NCBI GenBank assembly: GCA_038217285.1
Contig: JBBQPO010000017.1
Span: forward strand, 1 to 41,694
Origin: Chthonomonadales bacterium
Lineage (GTDB): Bacteria; Armatimonadota; Chthonomonadetes; Chthonomonadales; Chthonomonadaceae
Length of the DNA: 41,694 nucleotides
Reading direction: 5' to 3'
Shown: piece by piece, positions 19,194 through 29,043 of the stretch
How positions within the stretch are numbered: the stretch's first letter is position 1
How the letters are laid out: each line of letters opens with the position of its first letter
Notes under the pieces: generated by a model
Told to the model about the DNA's origin: nothing
The model's input: the letters and a program-made list of their open reading frames with translations, nothing else
Database searches by the model: none
Translations under genes and position numbers: made by a program

Positions 19194-19940
19194 ATGCAGT
19201 GCAAACAGGCTCAAGAACTATTTTCCGATCACGTGGCCGGTCATCTGGACCGTGCTCTGAGCGTTAGTCTGGACAATCATATAGGCTCCTGCGCGGGGTG
19301 TCGCGCAGAGGTTCTCGGTCTCCGCCGGGTCTGGACCTCCCTCGAGGCGTTGCCCAGTGTCGAGCCGCCCGCTTTCTTCCATGATAATTTAATGCACCGT
19401 ATTGGGATGGAGCAGGATAAAGTGGTGGAGGCCGCACAGCGACAGCGTGCAGGCTGGAACTGGCGCGCACTTTTTCTGCCGCGCTCCCCGGTGTTCGCCG
19501 GAGCAGCGGTCCTGGTTCTCGCGCTCCTGGGTATGGGTGGTCTGCATATCCAGCATGCCTCTCTCGACCCGCTCGGCGCCCTCTGGCGACTGGTTAGCCC
19601 CGCGAGCCACATGAATGCGGCGCCCCCTGCACTCCAGACCGCCCGCGCCCAGTGGCATCCGAATGGACTGGGAGGCGGCACCCTGACAGTCTATGCCCAG
19701 GCTCTCCCTGGAGCGGCGGTCAGCGTCAAAGCTCTGAACTATCAGGTGGGTGACCGGAAACGTATCGCCGTACAGAACGATGTTTCGATCTCCTCAGATC
19801 ACGAGACGACACTGGAGATTTCTATGGTCGCTCGCCCTGCCGCCGCTATGACGCTGACTTTGAGCGCCCCCGGCGCCGACACAGCGACGGTTCCCGTGAC
19901 GCTTATGGAGCCGGTTTCCGCCCCTTCCGACGTTCGCTAA
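19194..19940 (+). CDS. Zinc-finger (zf-HC2/ZAS) membrane anti-sigma factor
   Basis: C3 and HxxxCxxC (HIGSCAGC), a single TM helix and an extracytoplasmic beta-rich domain. Directly follows the ECF sigma. Confidence 0.88.
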   Translation: MQCKQAQELFSDHVAGHLDRALSVSLDNHIGSCAGCRAEVLGLRRVWTSLEALPSVEPPAFFHDNLMHRIGMEQDKVVEAAQRQRAGWNWRALFLPRSPVFAGAAVLVLALLGMGGLHIQHASLDPLGALWRLVSPASHMNAAPPALQTARAQWHPNGLGGGTLTVYAQALPGAAVSVKALNYQVGDRKRIAVQNDVSISSDHETTLEISMVARPAAAMTLTLSAPGADTATVPVTLMEPVSAPSDVR

Positions 19941-19956
19941 TCCTGCTGTTAATCGA

Positions 19957-19996
19957 GACGAGAGGCCATCCTTTCCCATGAGGATGGCCTCTCGTC
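19957..19996. terminator. Hairpin between convergent genes (probable terminator)
   Basis: Perfect 16-bp stem GACGAGAGGCCATCCT/AGGATGGCCTCTCGTC with an 8-nt loop. Confidence 0.75.
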
Positions 19997-20048
19997 ATTT
20001 GAGGGCCGAAAACCAACCAGCAGTCCCACGAGAAAGGTCTGCTGCTTC

Positions 20049-21275
20049 TCAGGGCGAGTTGGGAGGAGCCGCGAGGGGTGCCGGAGCATGGTCGAAATGA
20101 ACGCTGCGCAGTATCTGGTTGATGGAGTTTACATACCGCGGTTTGGGTGTCGTGGGAGGCTGAAACATAAAGGCGACGACACGATCATAAACAGGAACGA
20201 GAAAGAGGTCGCTCCTGTCGTTACCCAGACTGGCCTGGACCTGCCATCCGGCGTGCCCATCGACCGTGACGTTCGGCTTCGCACGTTCGCTCACAGCGCG
20301 TACCTCTTCGGGCAGTTGAGGATCTTCGCCGCTGTCCGCGATGTGCAGACGCGTTCCATCCGGTGCCTTCCAGGTCAGGACTCCATCCGCCGACTTCCAA
20401 TCGGTTGGAATCCCCACATGCCACCACAGATCGTCTTTTGAGCCGATCCGATAGGGGTCGAGGGGTGGGTTCATCATCGCCCATTGCCACTGTTTGAAGC
20501 CTGCCAGTAAGGTTATAAGTACCACGCAGGCACAGGCAACAGAGAGAAAGGCATTGAGAGCGGGATGCGGTCGCCGGTCCGCGATCGCGTCTGGCATCAA
20601 GAACAGGGCGACGATTGCACCGCCTGCCAGGCCACCCATATGCGCCCAGTTGTCGATCGAAGGCGTCGTAAAGCCGATAAAGAGGTTGATCGCTGCGATC
20701 GGCAAAATCTGACCCAATATCTGGCTGGGTGCGTCGGCGGGCAACAGAGAGCGAAATCGAATCGGAAACATCAGGCCCGCGCCGACGAGCCCAAAAATCG
20801 CCCCCGAGGCCCCAAGCGACAGCCCCGGCATATGGATATAACTCGCAATATTGCCTGCCACGCCGGCCACGAAGTAGATCAACAGGTATTTCCTCGCTCC
20901 ATAGAGCCTTTCGATACCTCTCCCGAACCAGACCAGCGAAAGCAAATTCGAGCCCAGATGCAGCAGGCTGCCATGCAGAAAAATAGGCGTAATGAGCCGC
21001 CACCACTGCCCATGCTGGATCAGGACATTGACTTTGGCCCCGAACATTTCGGCCACGCTGTCGATATTATCGCCGTGGCGACCGACCGCCATCATCATCA
21101 GGAAAACGATCACATTGATTGCGGTCAGCACGTAGGTCACGTACGGAACCGGTTCGCGCTCGGCAGGCTCCTCGACAAGCCGTTGATTGTGGATGGTTTG
21201 GGGGCCGCGCTCGCCCGCGCCGAATAGAGCGAAAAGGGGTCGCCCCTGCCCGGTCGCTATCTCAATTTGTCGCAT
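20049..21275 (-). CDS. Rhomboid intramembrane serine protease with C-terminal soluble extension
   Basis: QWWRLITPIFLH...HL..N, GASGAIFG (Ser) and IDNWAHMGG (His), then a ~140-aa C-terminal domain. Confidence 0.92.
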   Translation of the reverse strand: MRQIEIATGQGRPLFALFGAGERGPQTIHNQRLVEEPAEREPVPYVTYVLTAINVIVFLMMMAVGRHGDNIDSVAEMFGAKVNVLIQHGQWWRLITPIFLHGSLLHLGSNLLSLVWFGRGIERLYGARKYLLIYFVAGVAGNIASYIHMPGLSLGASGAIFGLVGAGLMFPIRFRSLLPADAPSQILGQILPIAAINLFIGFTTPSIDNWAHMGGLAGGAIVALFLMPDAIADRRPHPALNAFLSVACACVVLITLLAGFKQWQWAMMNPPLDPYRIGSKDDLWWHVGIPTDWKSADGVLTWKAPDGTRLHIADSGEDPQLPEEVRAVSERAKPNVTVDGHAGWQVQASLGNDRSDLFLVPVYDRVVAFMFQPPTTPKPRYVNSINQILRSVHFDHAPAPLAAPPNSP

Positions 21276-21400
21276 CAGTTTGCCGTCTTTTCATTCTATA
21301 GGGTAGACTTACACACGTTTTCGGTAGGAAGGACAAGGCGTTTCCCTCACCTGAATGCTATGCACTCGTACGCGGCGAAGAGGCGCTATGGTTCCTTTCT

Positions 21401-22708
21401 ATGCCCAACCAGACATTTCCCTTGACCACGAACGGACTATTCAACACCGCCCATTTTTATGCCGCTGCCGAAGGGGCTTTCACCGTGGTGATGCTGCTGC
21501 TGATCGCCTATTTTGCCAGTTGTACGCTGTGGCTATGGCGTTTGCTGATCGCCGCTCTCCGTTGGCACTCCTGCCCGACAAGGCCGATGGCTGTCACGGC
21601 GGGGCCAGTACCACGTTTTGTCATCATCGTACCCGCGCACGATGAAGAACTGGTTCTGGAGGCGGCGCTCTCCTCCTTGCGCAGGCTGGACTATCCACCG
21701 GAGGAGTTTCACATCGTCCTGGTGGCCGACAACTGCACGGACCAGACCGAAACCATCGGGCGCAGCGCCGGGATCACCGTTCTGGTGCGCACGAATCCGC
21801 TGGAGACGGGCAAAGGCTATGCCCTGGAGTACGCCCGCCGCTGGCTTGTCGGGGAGACGCGCGGCGAAACGCCGCCTCCACCGGAATGGGATGCGCTCGT
21901 CGTATTAGACGCGGACACCATCGCCGCACCGAACCTGCTGCAGGCGTTCGCGTCTCAACTGAATTCGGGCGAACAGGCGATGCAGGCCCGCTACGACGTG
22001 CTCAACGCCCAGGAGAGTTGGCGAACGCGTCTGATGGCCGCCGCACTCGCCTTGAACCACGTTGTCAAACCGCTTGGGCGGGAACGGCTCGGCCTGTCGG
22101 ACGGACTGAAAGGCAACGGGATGGCCTTCTCCCGTGCCGTCGTGGAGCGGTTCGCCTGGCCACAAGACGCGCTCACCGAAGACATCGCGTTTACGCTGAT
22201 ACTGTGCCGCGCCGGAGTACGCGTGGCGTTCGTGCCGGAAACGACTGTGCAGGCGCAGATGCCGACCACGGGGGTGCAGGCAGCCCCCCAACGCCGGCGC
22301 TGGGAGGAGGGAAGGTATCATCTGATGCGCTCCGTCGCTCCGGGACTGCTGTGGGAAGGGATACGCAACCGCGACCGAATCATCCTCGACCGTGCCTTCG
22401 ACCTGCTCATTCCACCCTTCGCGGAGAGGGTCGCCATACCCGCCGTTTTTTTGTCCGTCTGTCTGCTCTGTACGTCGCTGTTTTCCTGGCACGGGGTCGT
22501 TGGCCTGTCTGTCGCGTGGGTCGTCATTCTCGCGCTGGAGGCAGGCTACCTCGCTCTCGGCCTTCGGGTCGCAGGCGTTTCGCGGTCAGTCGCGCTATCG
22601 GTCCTATTCGCCCCGGTCTATATCGTGTGGAAGTTCAGCCTCTATGCCTTGGCCTTGCTGACCGGCCCCACGCGCCGCTGGCAACGCACACAACGCCGCC
22701 GAATGTAG
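21401..22708 (+). CDS. Glycosyltransferase family 2 (membrane, CESA-like)
   Basis: IVPAHDEE, ADNCTD, GKGYAL, LDAD, LTED and QRRRW motifs, with TM helices. Confidence 0.92.
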   Translation: MPNQTFPLTTNGLFNTAHFYAAAEGAFTVVMLLLIAYFASCTLWLWRLLIAALRWHSCPTRPMAVTAGPVPRFVIIVPAHDEELVLEAALSSLRRLDYPPEEFHIVLVADNCTDQTETIGRSAGITVLVRTNPLETGKGYALEYARRWLVGETRGETPPPPEWDALVVLDADTIAAPNLLQAFASQLNSGEQAMQARYDVLNAQESWRTRLMAAALALNHVVKPLGRERLGLSDGLKGNGMAFSRAVVERFAWPQDALTEDIAFTLILCRAGVRVAFVPETTVQAQMPTTGVQAAPQRRRWEEGRYHLMRSVAPGLLWEGIRNRDRIILDRAFDLLIPPFAERVAIPAVFLSVCLLCTSLFSWHGVVGLSVAWVVILALEAGYLALGLRVAGVSRSVALSVLFAPVYIVWKFSLYALALLTGPTRRWQRTQRRRM

Positions 22709-22719
22709 AGTAGTGACTT

Positions 22720-23874
22720 ATGCGCAAGTTAGTGGGGATTCTCGGAACCCCGATAGACAATCTGGATACGGCGGAGGTGTTGACGCGGATGGAGCAGTTC
22801 GTCGTGGAACGCGGCTTCCATCAGGTGGCGACGGCGAACACCGACTTTCTCATCAATGCCCTTGATGACCCGGAGTTGCAATCGATCCTCCAGGCCGCCG
22901 ATCTGGTCACGCCGGACGGAATGCCCGTCGTCTGGGCATCACGTCTGCTCGGCGCTCCGCTGCCGGAGCGCGTGACGGGGGCCGACATCGTGCCGTTACT
23001 GGCAGAACGGGCCGCGCAGTACGGCTGGCGCCTCTATCTGCTTGGCGCACAGGCGGATGTCGCAAAGCGGGCTAGCGCGCGCTTGGAGGCCGACTACCCC
23101 GGCATCAAGATCGTAGGCTGTACGTCGCCTCCCATCGTGCCGCTGGAAGAGATCGACAGCGCGTCCATTCTAGCGGATATAGAACGTGTCCGCCCGGACA
23201 TCCTCCTAGTCGCCTTTGGCAACCCCAAGCAGGAGAAATGGATCTACCGAAACCGCAAACATCTGCAGCGGGTACCGCTTTGTATAGGCGTAGGCGGCAC
23301 TTTTGATTTTCTCGCCAGGCAGACGCGTCGCGCGCCGAACTGGATGCAACGGCGTGGCTTGGAATGGCTCTTCCGGCTCCTGCGCGAGCCGGGGCGGCTG
23401 TGGAGACGCTACTCCCGTGATTTTCACCGGTTCGGGTTGGCCTTGATGAAACAGGTCTTCGCGATGCGCCGCTGCCGTCGATCCGGACATTTTGCAATGC
23501 AATCCGCCGACCTATTCGGCTGCACCTTGCTGACGTTGCATGGGGATATCGAGGCGGCCTCACTCGCAGAGTTCCATTCCGCCGCGTGTGCGGCCCTCGA
23601 TTCCGGGTCGAACCTGGTGCTCGACCTGCATGATGTGGTCTCGATGGATGGTGCGGCTCTCGGTGCGTTGATCGCTCTGCGGAACCACGCAGACCGCGTG
23701 GGTCGCCGGATCCAGATCGCGTCCGCCTCCCCGCTCATCGGTCAGTCGCTGCGACACAGTCAACTCTTCGAGAGCCTCTATACCGCAGACCTCTCCCTGG
23801 CCGAAGCGCTGGAGGAGTGCGGTGCGGTGCCATCTCAGTCTCTGCCGCCGAAGCTCCGTGTGGTCGGCCGCTGA
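22720..23874 (+). CDS. WecB/TagA/CpsF glycosyltransferase fused to a C-terminal STAS domain
   Basis: PDGMPVVWAS, ERVTGAD, FGNPKQE, GVGGTFDF and GLEWLFRL..EP.RLWRRY. C-terminal L.GDI...LVLDL..V..MD...LG STAS pattern. Confidence 0.9.
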   Translation: MRKLVGILGTPIDNLDTAEVLTRMEQFVVERGFHQVATANTDFLINALDDPELQSILQAADLVTPDGMPVVWASRLLGAPLPERVTGADIVPLLAERAAQYGWRLYLLGAQADVAKRASARLEADYPGIKIVGCTSPPIVPLEEIDSASILADIERVRPDILLVAFGNPKQEKWIYRNRKHLQRVPLCIGVGGTFDFLARQTRRAPNWMQRRGLEWLFRLLREPGRLWRRYSRDFHRFGLALMKQVFAMRRCRRSGHFAMQSADLFGCTLLTLHGDIEAASLAEFHSAACAALDSGSNLVLDLHDVVSMDGAALGALIALRNHADRVGRRIQIASASPLIGQSLRHSQLFESLYTADLSLAEALEECGAVPSQSLPPKLRVVGR

Positions 23875-24995
23875 TGTCGAACCAGCCGCCCTACCGAACC
23901 GCTTTCGTGCTAGAGCAGACGCTTGGTCACGTCACCCACGCCATGAATCTGCGCCACTTCGCCGATCAGGATACGATGATCGATCCGGTCTGGCTCGAGG
24001 TGCCGTTTACGAAGCGCGATTTGTGGGAACGACTGCCCGGCGTGGGCCGGAACTGGTCTCTGCGAGGCAGTCTGCGAGCCCGACACAGCCTTGAGGAAGC
24101 CTTACAGAAGGCTCCTCTTTCGGCGCTCTTTGTCCATACACAGACGGTCGCCCTGTTCTCTCTCCATCGGCTTCGGCAGATTCCCTCCCTGCTCTCCCTG
24201 GACGCCACCCCCTGCAATATCGACCGCCTTAGTGCAGGCTATGGGCATAAACCGACGGGCGACAGTGCGCTGAACCGGGCTAAATTCGCGTGGAATCGCG
24301 CCAGTTTCCGCGCCGCCCGCCATCTCGTTGCCTGGAGCCGCTGGGCGGCAGAGTCGCTGCAGACGGATTACGGCATAGAAAGCGCGAAGATAAGTGTCGT
24401 TCCCCCCGGCATCGACCTAACGATGTGGAAACCGGCAACACAGGTGTCCCCGCCTGGCGAGAAACTGCGGCTGCTCTTTGTTGGTGGAGATTTTGACAGA
24501 AAGGGAGGTTCGACGCTGCTAACGGCTTTTCGAGAGGGACTGAATAGAGACTGTCTCCTCGACATTGTGACTCCGGCTGGGGGCGAGGCAACGGGCATTG
24601 CCGGGATAAGCGGCGTCCGCGTGCATCCCGATCTAACGCCCAACAGCGCGGCCCTGCGCGCCATGACCGCCCAGGCCGACATCTTCGTCCTTCCAACACG
24701 GGCGGACTGCCTGCCGCTCGCCGTCCTGGAAGCGATGGCTTGCGGTCTGCCGGTGATTACCACATCCGTCGGAGCACTGTCGGAGGCGGTGATCGCGAAT
24801 ACAAACGGACTGCTGATTCCGCCCGACGATCCGCATTCCCTGACGGCTGCAGTGCGGGTTCTCTCTTCCGACGCGCCGCGCCGACGCGCGATGGGAATCG
24901 CAAGCCGACGAATCGCAGAGACTCGGTTCGATGCCTCTGAAAACTATGGCACGATCCTTGCAATGGTTAAACAGTTAGCGAGCGGTGCGCGATGA
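23874..24995 (+). CDS. Glycosyltransferase family 4
   Basis: EQTLGHVTH, LFVGGDF.RKGG, ADIFVLPT and LEAMACGLPVI. Confidence 0.9.
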   Translation: MSNQPPYRTAFVLEQTLGHVTHAMNLRHFADQDTMIDPVWLEVPFTKRDLWERLPGVGRNWSLRGSLRARHSLEEALQKAPLSALFVHTQTVALFSLHRLRQIPSLLSLDATPCNIDRLSAGYGHKPTGDSALNRAKFAWNRASFRAARHLVAWSRWAAESLQTDYGIESAKISVVPPGIDLTMWKPATQVSPPGEKLRLLFVGGDFDRKGGSTLLTAFREGLNRDCLLDIVTPAGGEATGIAGISGVRVHPDLTPNSAALRAMTAQADIFVLPTRADCLPLAVLEAMACGLPVITTSVGALSEAVIANTNGLLIPPDDPHSLTAAVRVLSSDAPRRRAMGIASRRIAETRFDASENYGTILAMVKQLASGAR

Positions 24996-26124
24996 ACGCC
25001 TGCCTGAAACTCTGCGCGGTAGAGCCGTCGTGAGTACGACGTCTTCCAGCGCCAGAACTCTGCTTTTAATTCCCGGCCTCTGCCACCCTAACGGCCGTGA
25101 GGAGGCGCGCCTGGATCGGTCCCCTCTTCCCGACTATCTGGCGCTTCAGGCAGAACTCAACGCAGATATTCTGGACTACGGCGCACTCGACTCTGAACAC
25201 CGCCCTGCACTCGTTCAACTGGCCCGCCGGGCTGGGAAAGACGCCGCTCTGGCGGCACTGGGATACAGTTACCGGTCAGATTATGATATAATATTCTCGA
25301 ATGGGGAGAATGTCGGCATTCCACTTGCACTGTTGCTGGCGCGACACCGCCGCCGACCAGGACACATCGTGATTGGGCACCGGCTCTCCGCCCCCAAAAA
25401 GCGGCCCTTCTTGCGCCTGCTGCATCCCCTGATGGACGCACTTTTCGTCTACGCAACGCGGCAATATCGCTATGCGGTCGAGTCGTTACATATACCGGCC
25501 GAAAAGTTGGTTCAGATACCGTTTCATGCGGACCATCGCTTTTTCCGTCCCTTACCTGCCGCATCGGACGCCCCTTCCCGAATAATCAGCAGTGCAGGCC
25601 TGGAGTGGCGTGACTATCCGACCCTGATCGCGGCGACCACGAATATGGATGCAACAGTGAAACTGGCGGCGGCAAGTCCCTGGAGCCGACACCGCGATGT
25701 TACCCAAGACCGTCCGCTTCCGACCAACATCACGGCCCGACGTTATGCCTATCCGGAACTTCGACAGCTCTACGCCGACTCACGGATTGTTGTAGTGCCA
25801 CTGAGGCCCACCGATTTTCAGGCGGGTATCACAACGATCCTCGAAGGCATGGCGATGGGCAAGGCCGTCGTTACGAGCCGTACCGTAGGACAGACCGATG
25901 CCATCCGCGACGGAGCCAACGGGCTCTATGTGCCTCCCGAAGACACCGAGGCTCTACGTCGGATTTTAGAGCGGCTCCTGAATTCGCCGGAGGAGACAGA
26001 GCGTCTGGGCCAACAGGCACGCCGCGACATCGAAGCCAAATATACGCTCGACCACTGGGTAGCCAACATCGCGCGCGTTCACGATGATGTGTTTCGGAAA
26101 CGACGGAGTCTGTCGAATACGTAG
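24985..26124 (+). CDS. Glycosyltransferase family 4
   Basis: SAGLEWRDY.TL, VVVPL...FQAGITTILEGMAMGKAVV and VPPED. Start uncertain. Confidence 0.87.
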   Translation: MRDERLPETLRGRAVVSTTSSSARTLLLIPGLCHPNGREEARLDRSPLPDYLALQAELNADILDYGALDSEHRPALVQLARRAGKDAALAALGYSYRSDYDIIFSNGENVGIPLALLLARHRRRPGHIVIGHRLSAPKKRPFLRLLHPLMDALFVYATRQYRYAVESLHIPAEKLVQIPFHADHRFFRPLPAASDAPSRIISSAGLEWRDYPTLIAATTNMDATVKLAAASPWSRHRDVTQDRPLPTNITARRYAYPELRQLYADSRIVVVPLRPTDFQAGITTILEGMAMGKAVVTSRTVGQTDAIRDGANGLYVPPEDTEALRRILERLLNSPEETERLGQQARRDIEAKYTLDHWVANIARVHDDVFRKRRSLSNT

Positions 26125-26201
26125 TTACTATAGTTTGCCGCTCCCGCTGCTTCGCTTACCGGAAGACAGCTCGTCTGCCGGCTCGAAGAAAGGATGAATT
26201 C

Positions 26202-27158
26202 ATGCGTCTATTAAGACCTCTGATCGTGTTCGTTCTGATCCTGTCAGTTGTGTTCAACGTTGTTCTCTGGATGCGCTATCGTAATAAAAAGACGATTTTC
26301 ACGCTCAACTCCGAGAGCGTGACACGTGCAGACATGGACGACTATCTGGAAAAACAGTTCGGACCGACGTACAAAGCGATGATGGCGCAGCGCCTGCTTA
26401 TCGATCAGGAGGCTCGCGCCAAAGGCGTCGCTCCGTCGGAGACCGAAATTTCCGACGAGTTCACGCTCAAAAAGGAGCTCGACTGGCAGTTCGCGTCTCG
26501 TATCGCGACCAGTCCGTGGCTGGCAGAAGAGAGCCGACAGGAGATCAAACAGCAGTTGGAGCAGCAGAAGCTGTTGGCGCAGGACATCTCCGTCACGGAG
26601 GAAGAGGTTCGGGAGGAGTATAACGCCCATCCCGCGCTCTATGACGCTCCCGCGAAGGCCCATACCGAGGTCGCCGCGGTCCTCAACGAAATCCATCTGG
26701 AAGACATCCGCAAACTTATGGATCGCAACGATCCACCCGTGGGCGCCAAGACGATCATGCAGATGTATCCTCGTGAAGTAGTCTTCATCGGCGACGATGA
26801 CAAGTTCACCTTCGTGCAGGCCTATAATACCGAAATGAACAAGGATGTCTTCACGATGGGTCCGCACGAGGTAAAAGTGATGCTGCCGGGGGATCTGGGG
26901 CAACAGGGCGCGCGCCGCCTCGTCGTCAAGATGCTCGATATCTCGCCGGGAAAGAAAGCCAATCTCAACGATACGAAGACGTTGAACCGAATTAAAATGA
27001 ATGTCGCCTTGCGCCGAACCCGTCCGGCTTCCGAAATGCTCGCCGCTCTATGGGCCAAAGCCAATTTCCAGAGCGCGGATCCCGGCGATAAGGCTCAGAT
27101 CGAGCGCATGTTCTTCCCCGAACAGGCCCGAACACAAGCGAGCCCCACTACTCACTGA
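26202..27158 (+). CDS. Membrane-anchored SurA/PrsA-like foldase (possible EpsD analogue)
   Basis: N-terminal TM helix and a SurA-N-like helical pattern (VTRADM...LLIDQEA..KGV..SE.EI; VTEEEVREEY). The PPIase domain looks degenerate. Precedes the exosortase. Confidence 0.6.
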   Translation: MRLLRPLIVFVLILSVVFNVVLWMRYRNKKTIFTLNSESVTRADMDDYLEKQFGPTYKAMMAQRLLIDQEARAKGVAPSETEISDEFTLKKELDWQFASRIATSPWLAEESRQEIKQQLEQQKLLAQDISVTEEEVREEYNAHPALYDAPAKAHTEVAAVLNEIHLEDIRKLMDRNDPPVGAKTIMQMYPREVVFIGDDDKFTFVQAYNTEMNKDVFTMGPHEVKVMLPGDLGQQGARRLVVKMLDISPGKKANLNDTKTLNRIKMNVALRRTRPASEMLAALWAKANFQSADPGDKAQIERMFFPEQARTQASPTTH

Positions 27159-27189
27159 CAGAATCAATCGGGGGAGCCAGAAATCCATT

Positions 27190-28899
27190 ATGAACGAAGA
27201 ACATACCCCAGCCGAGCGGCCCAAGATACCCCTGCCTTACCTGTTGCCATTCGCCATCGGTATCACTCTGATCATTCTGCTCTATATGCCGGCCTTTCGC
27301 TGGTGGTGGGAAGAGTGGATGATGCCGGGCAGTTTTTATGCCCACGCCATTTTCGTGCCGTTTTTCGTCGCGGTCATGATCTGGCGTGACCGCAAAAAAC
27401 TGGCAGAAACGCCTGCAGAACCGTCATGGAGCGGCATGTTCCTGGTGGTGCCTGCCATGTTGCTCCTCCTGGTCGGTAAGCGCCTGGATGTCACCGTGCT
27501 GCAATCGTTTTCTTTCATGCTCATGGTATTCGCAGTGGCGCTCCTGGTATTCGGGAAGGCTAAAACACGGCTGTTACTGTTTCCGCTGTGCTTCATCATT
27601 ATGATGATGCCGCTGATTCCCGACCAGTTGATCATCAACATAGCCTTCCCAATTCAGATGTTGTCCGCGAAGCTCGCGGCACTCTTTCTGAACCTGATGA
27701 CGCTGCACTCCGTGCAGCAAGGCGCGATGATCAAGATGGACAACTATCTGATGTCCGTCGAGTTGCCCTGCAGCGGATTCAAAACTCTGATCTCCCTGCT
27801 GACCTTTACGGCGGCCTTCGCCTATCTCGTCGACGGCGCGATGTGGAAACGCTGGGCCCTCTTCCTGGTGACCATTCCGCTCAGCCTCTTTATCAATGCG
27901 ATGCGAATCACCATGATCGGCATGGTCGGTGAGCTGATCAGCCCGAAAGCCGCCGGAATCTTTCATGACTATAGCGGCTTTATCGTCCTGACGCTCGCTT
28001 TCCTGTTTCTGTTCAATTTCGCCCGCTTCCTCCGCTGCTCCCGCTTTCTAGGCATTCCGCTCAACGACGAACAGCAGGCGAAAGACGACGCCGAAAGTGC
28101 AGACAGTGTGCAGGAGCCGCCCTGGTGGCAGGTGATCCTAGCGTGGCGGCCAACGGGCCCACAACTGCGACTGGCCGCGCCCTATGTCATTGCCATCAAT
28201 GTATTCCTGCTGCTGGCGTACGGGGTGACTCCCACGCTCACGCACGGACTGAATCCGCAGCCCCCGATCGCTACCTTTCAAGTTCCGACCGAAATGAGTG
28301 AAGGAGGCGTTACCTGGGCCTCTCCACCTTCTCCGTTGCGAGACAAACTGACGAAGGAAGTCAACGAAGTTCTGAGTCCGATGCGTGTCATCAACCGCGA
28401 CTACGGTGGCTCGGACGGCTCACATATCAACCTCTTCATTACCGCTGGCAGCGGGCGTAAAACGTTCCATGATCCCCACACCTGCTCCCTTGGGAGCGAT
28501 GCGGTCCTGGAAGATGTCGGCCCGCTCACGATTCCGCTGTTGCCAGACTCGCATCCGGGACTGCCCCAAGTTACGCTCAGTGAGCATCAGTTCCATCGCA
28601 ATAACGACACCGACCGTTTCGAATTCATGATGTTCTATGTCGTTGAAGGCAAGGTCATCCAGACCCCGACTGGCGCGCGTAAGGCCATCCTGCGTCAGAT
28701 GTTCTATGGAGACGCCGGCAAGCCATCCTACTTCGTCCGCATCACTCAGGAATCGGTCGGAACGGATGAGGAGCATCGGCAACAACTAGTGCGTTTCACC
28801 GCAGCCCTGTGGAAACACGCCGGTCCTATTCTCGCGGGCCTCGAAAAAGCTGCCAAAGACAAACCCGTCGAGATTCTCGAAGAGCCGAAACAACCCTGA
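27190..28899 (+). CDS. Exosortase fused to an EpsI-like C-terminal domain
   Basis: Y.HA.FVP, V..PCSG (Cys), NAMRI (Arg) and FHDYSG (His). C-terminal R.Y...G..I.LFI...HDP..C..G EpsI pattern. Confidence 0.9.
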   Translation: MNEEHTPAERPKIPLPYLLPFAIGITLIILLYMPAFRWWWEEWMMPGSFYAHAIFVPFFVAVMIWRDRKKLAETPAEPSWSGMFLVVPAMLLLLVGKRLDVTVLQSFSFMLMVFAVALLVFGKAKTRLLLFPLCFIIMMMPLIPDQLIINIAFPIQMLSAKLAALFLNLMTLHSVQQGAMIKMDNYLMSVELPCSGFKTLISLLTFTAAFAYLVDGAMWKRWALFLVTIPLSLFINAMRITMIGMVGELISPKAAGIFHDYSGFIVLTLAFLFLFNFARFLRCSRFLGIPLNDEQQAKDDAESADSVQEPPWWQVILAWRPTGPQLRLAAPYVIAINVFLLLAYGVTPTLTHGLNPQPPIATFQVPTEMSEGGVTWASPPSPLRDKLTKEVNEVLSPMRVINRDYGGSDGSHINLFITAGSGRKTFHDPHTCSLGSDAVLEDVGPLTIPLLPDSHPGLPQVTLSEHQFHRNNDTDRFEFMMFYVVEGKVIQTPTGARKAILRQMFYGDAGKPSYFVRITQESVGTDEEHRQQLVRFTAALWKHAGPILAGLEKAAKDKPVEILEEPKQP

Positions 28900-28909
28900 A
28901 ACCGTCCCC

Positions 28910-28955
28910 ATCGAGAAAGCCCCTCCAACCAACCGGTCGGAGGGGCTTTCTCGAT
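28910..28955. terminator. Probable bidirectional intrinsic terminator
   Basis: 17-bp stem ATCGAGAAAGCCCCTCC/GGAGGGGCTTTCTCGAT between convergent genes. Confidence 0.8.
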
Positions 28956-29043
28956 TTGACGACATCAGCATCGGACGAAAGTCTGTTTACTATTGCCTTC
29001 AGATGCCCTGGTACACGCTGGAGATCCGAGGTTCAATGCCGGG

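Noticed and set aside
21365..21395. GGAACC...CGTAC on the minus strand upstream of the rhomboid, as an ECF promoter
   Set aside because: The spacer is one base longer and the -10 differs from the other three sites. Too weak.
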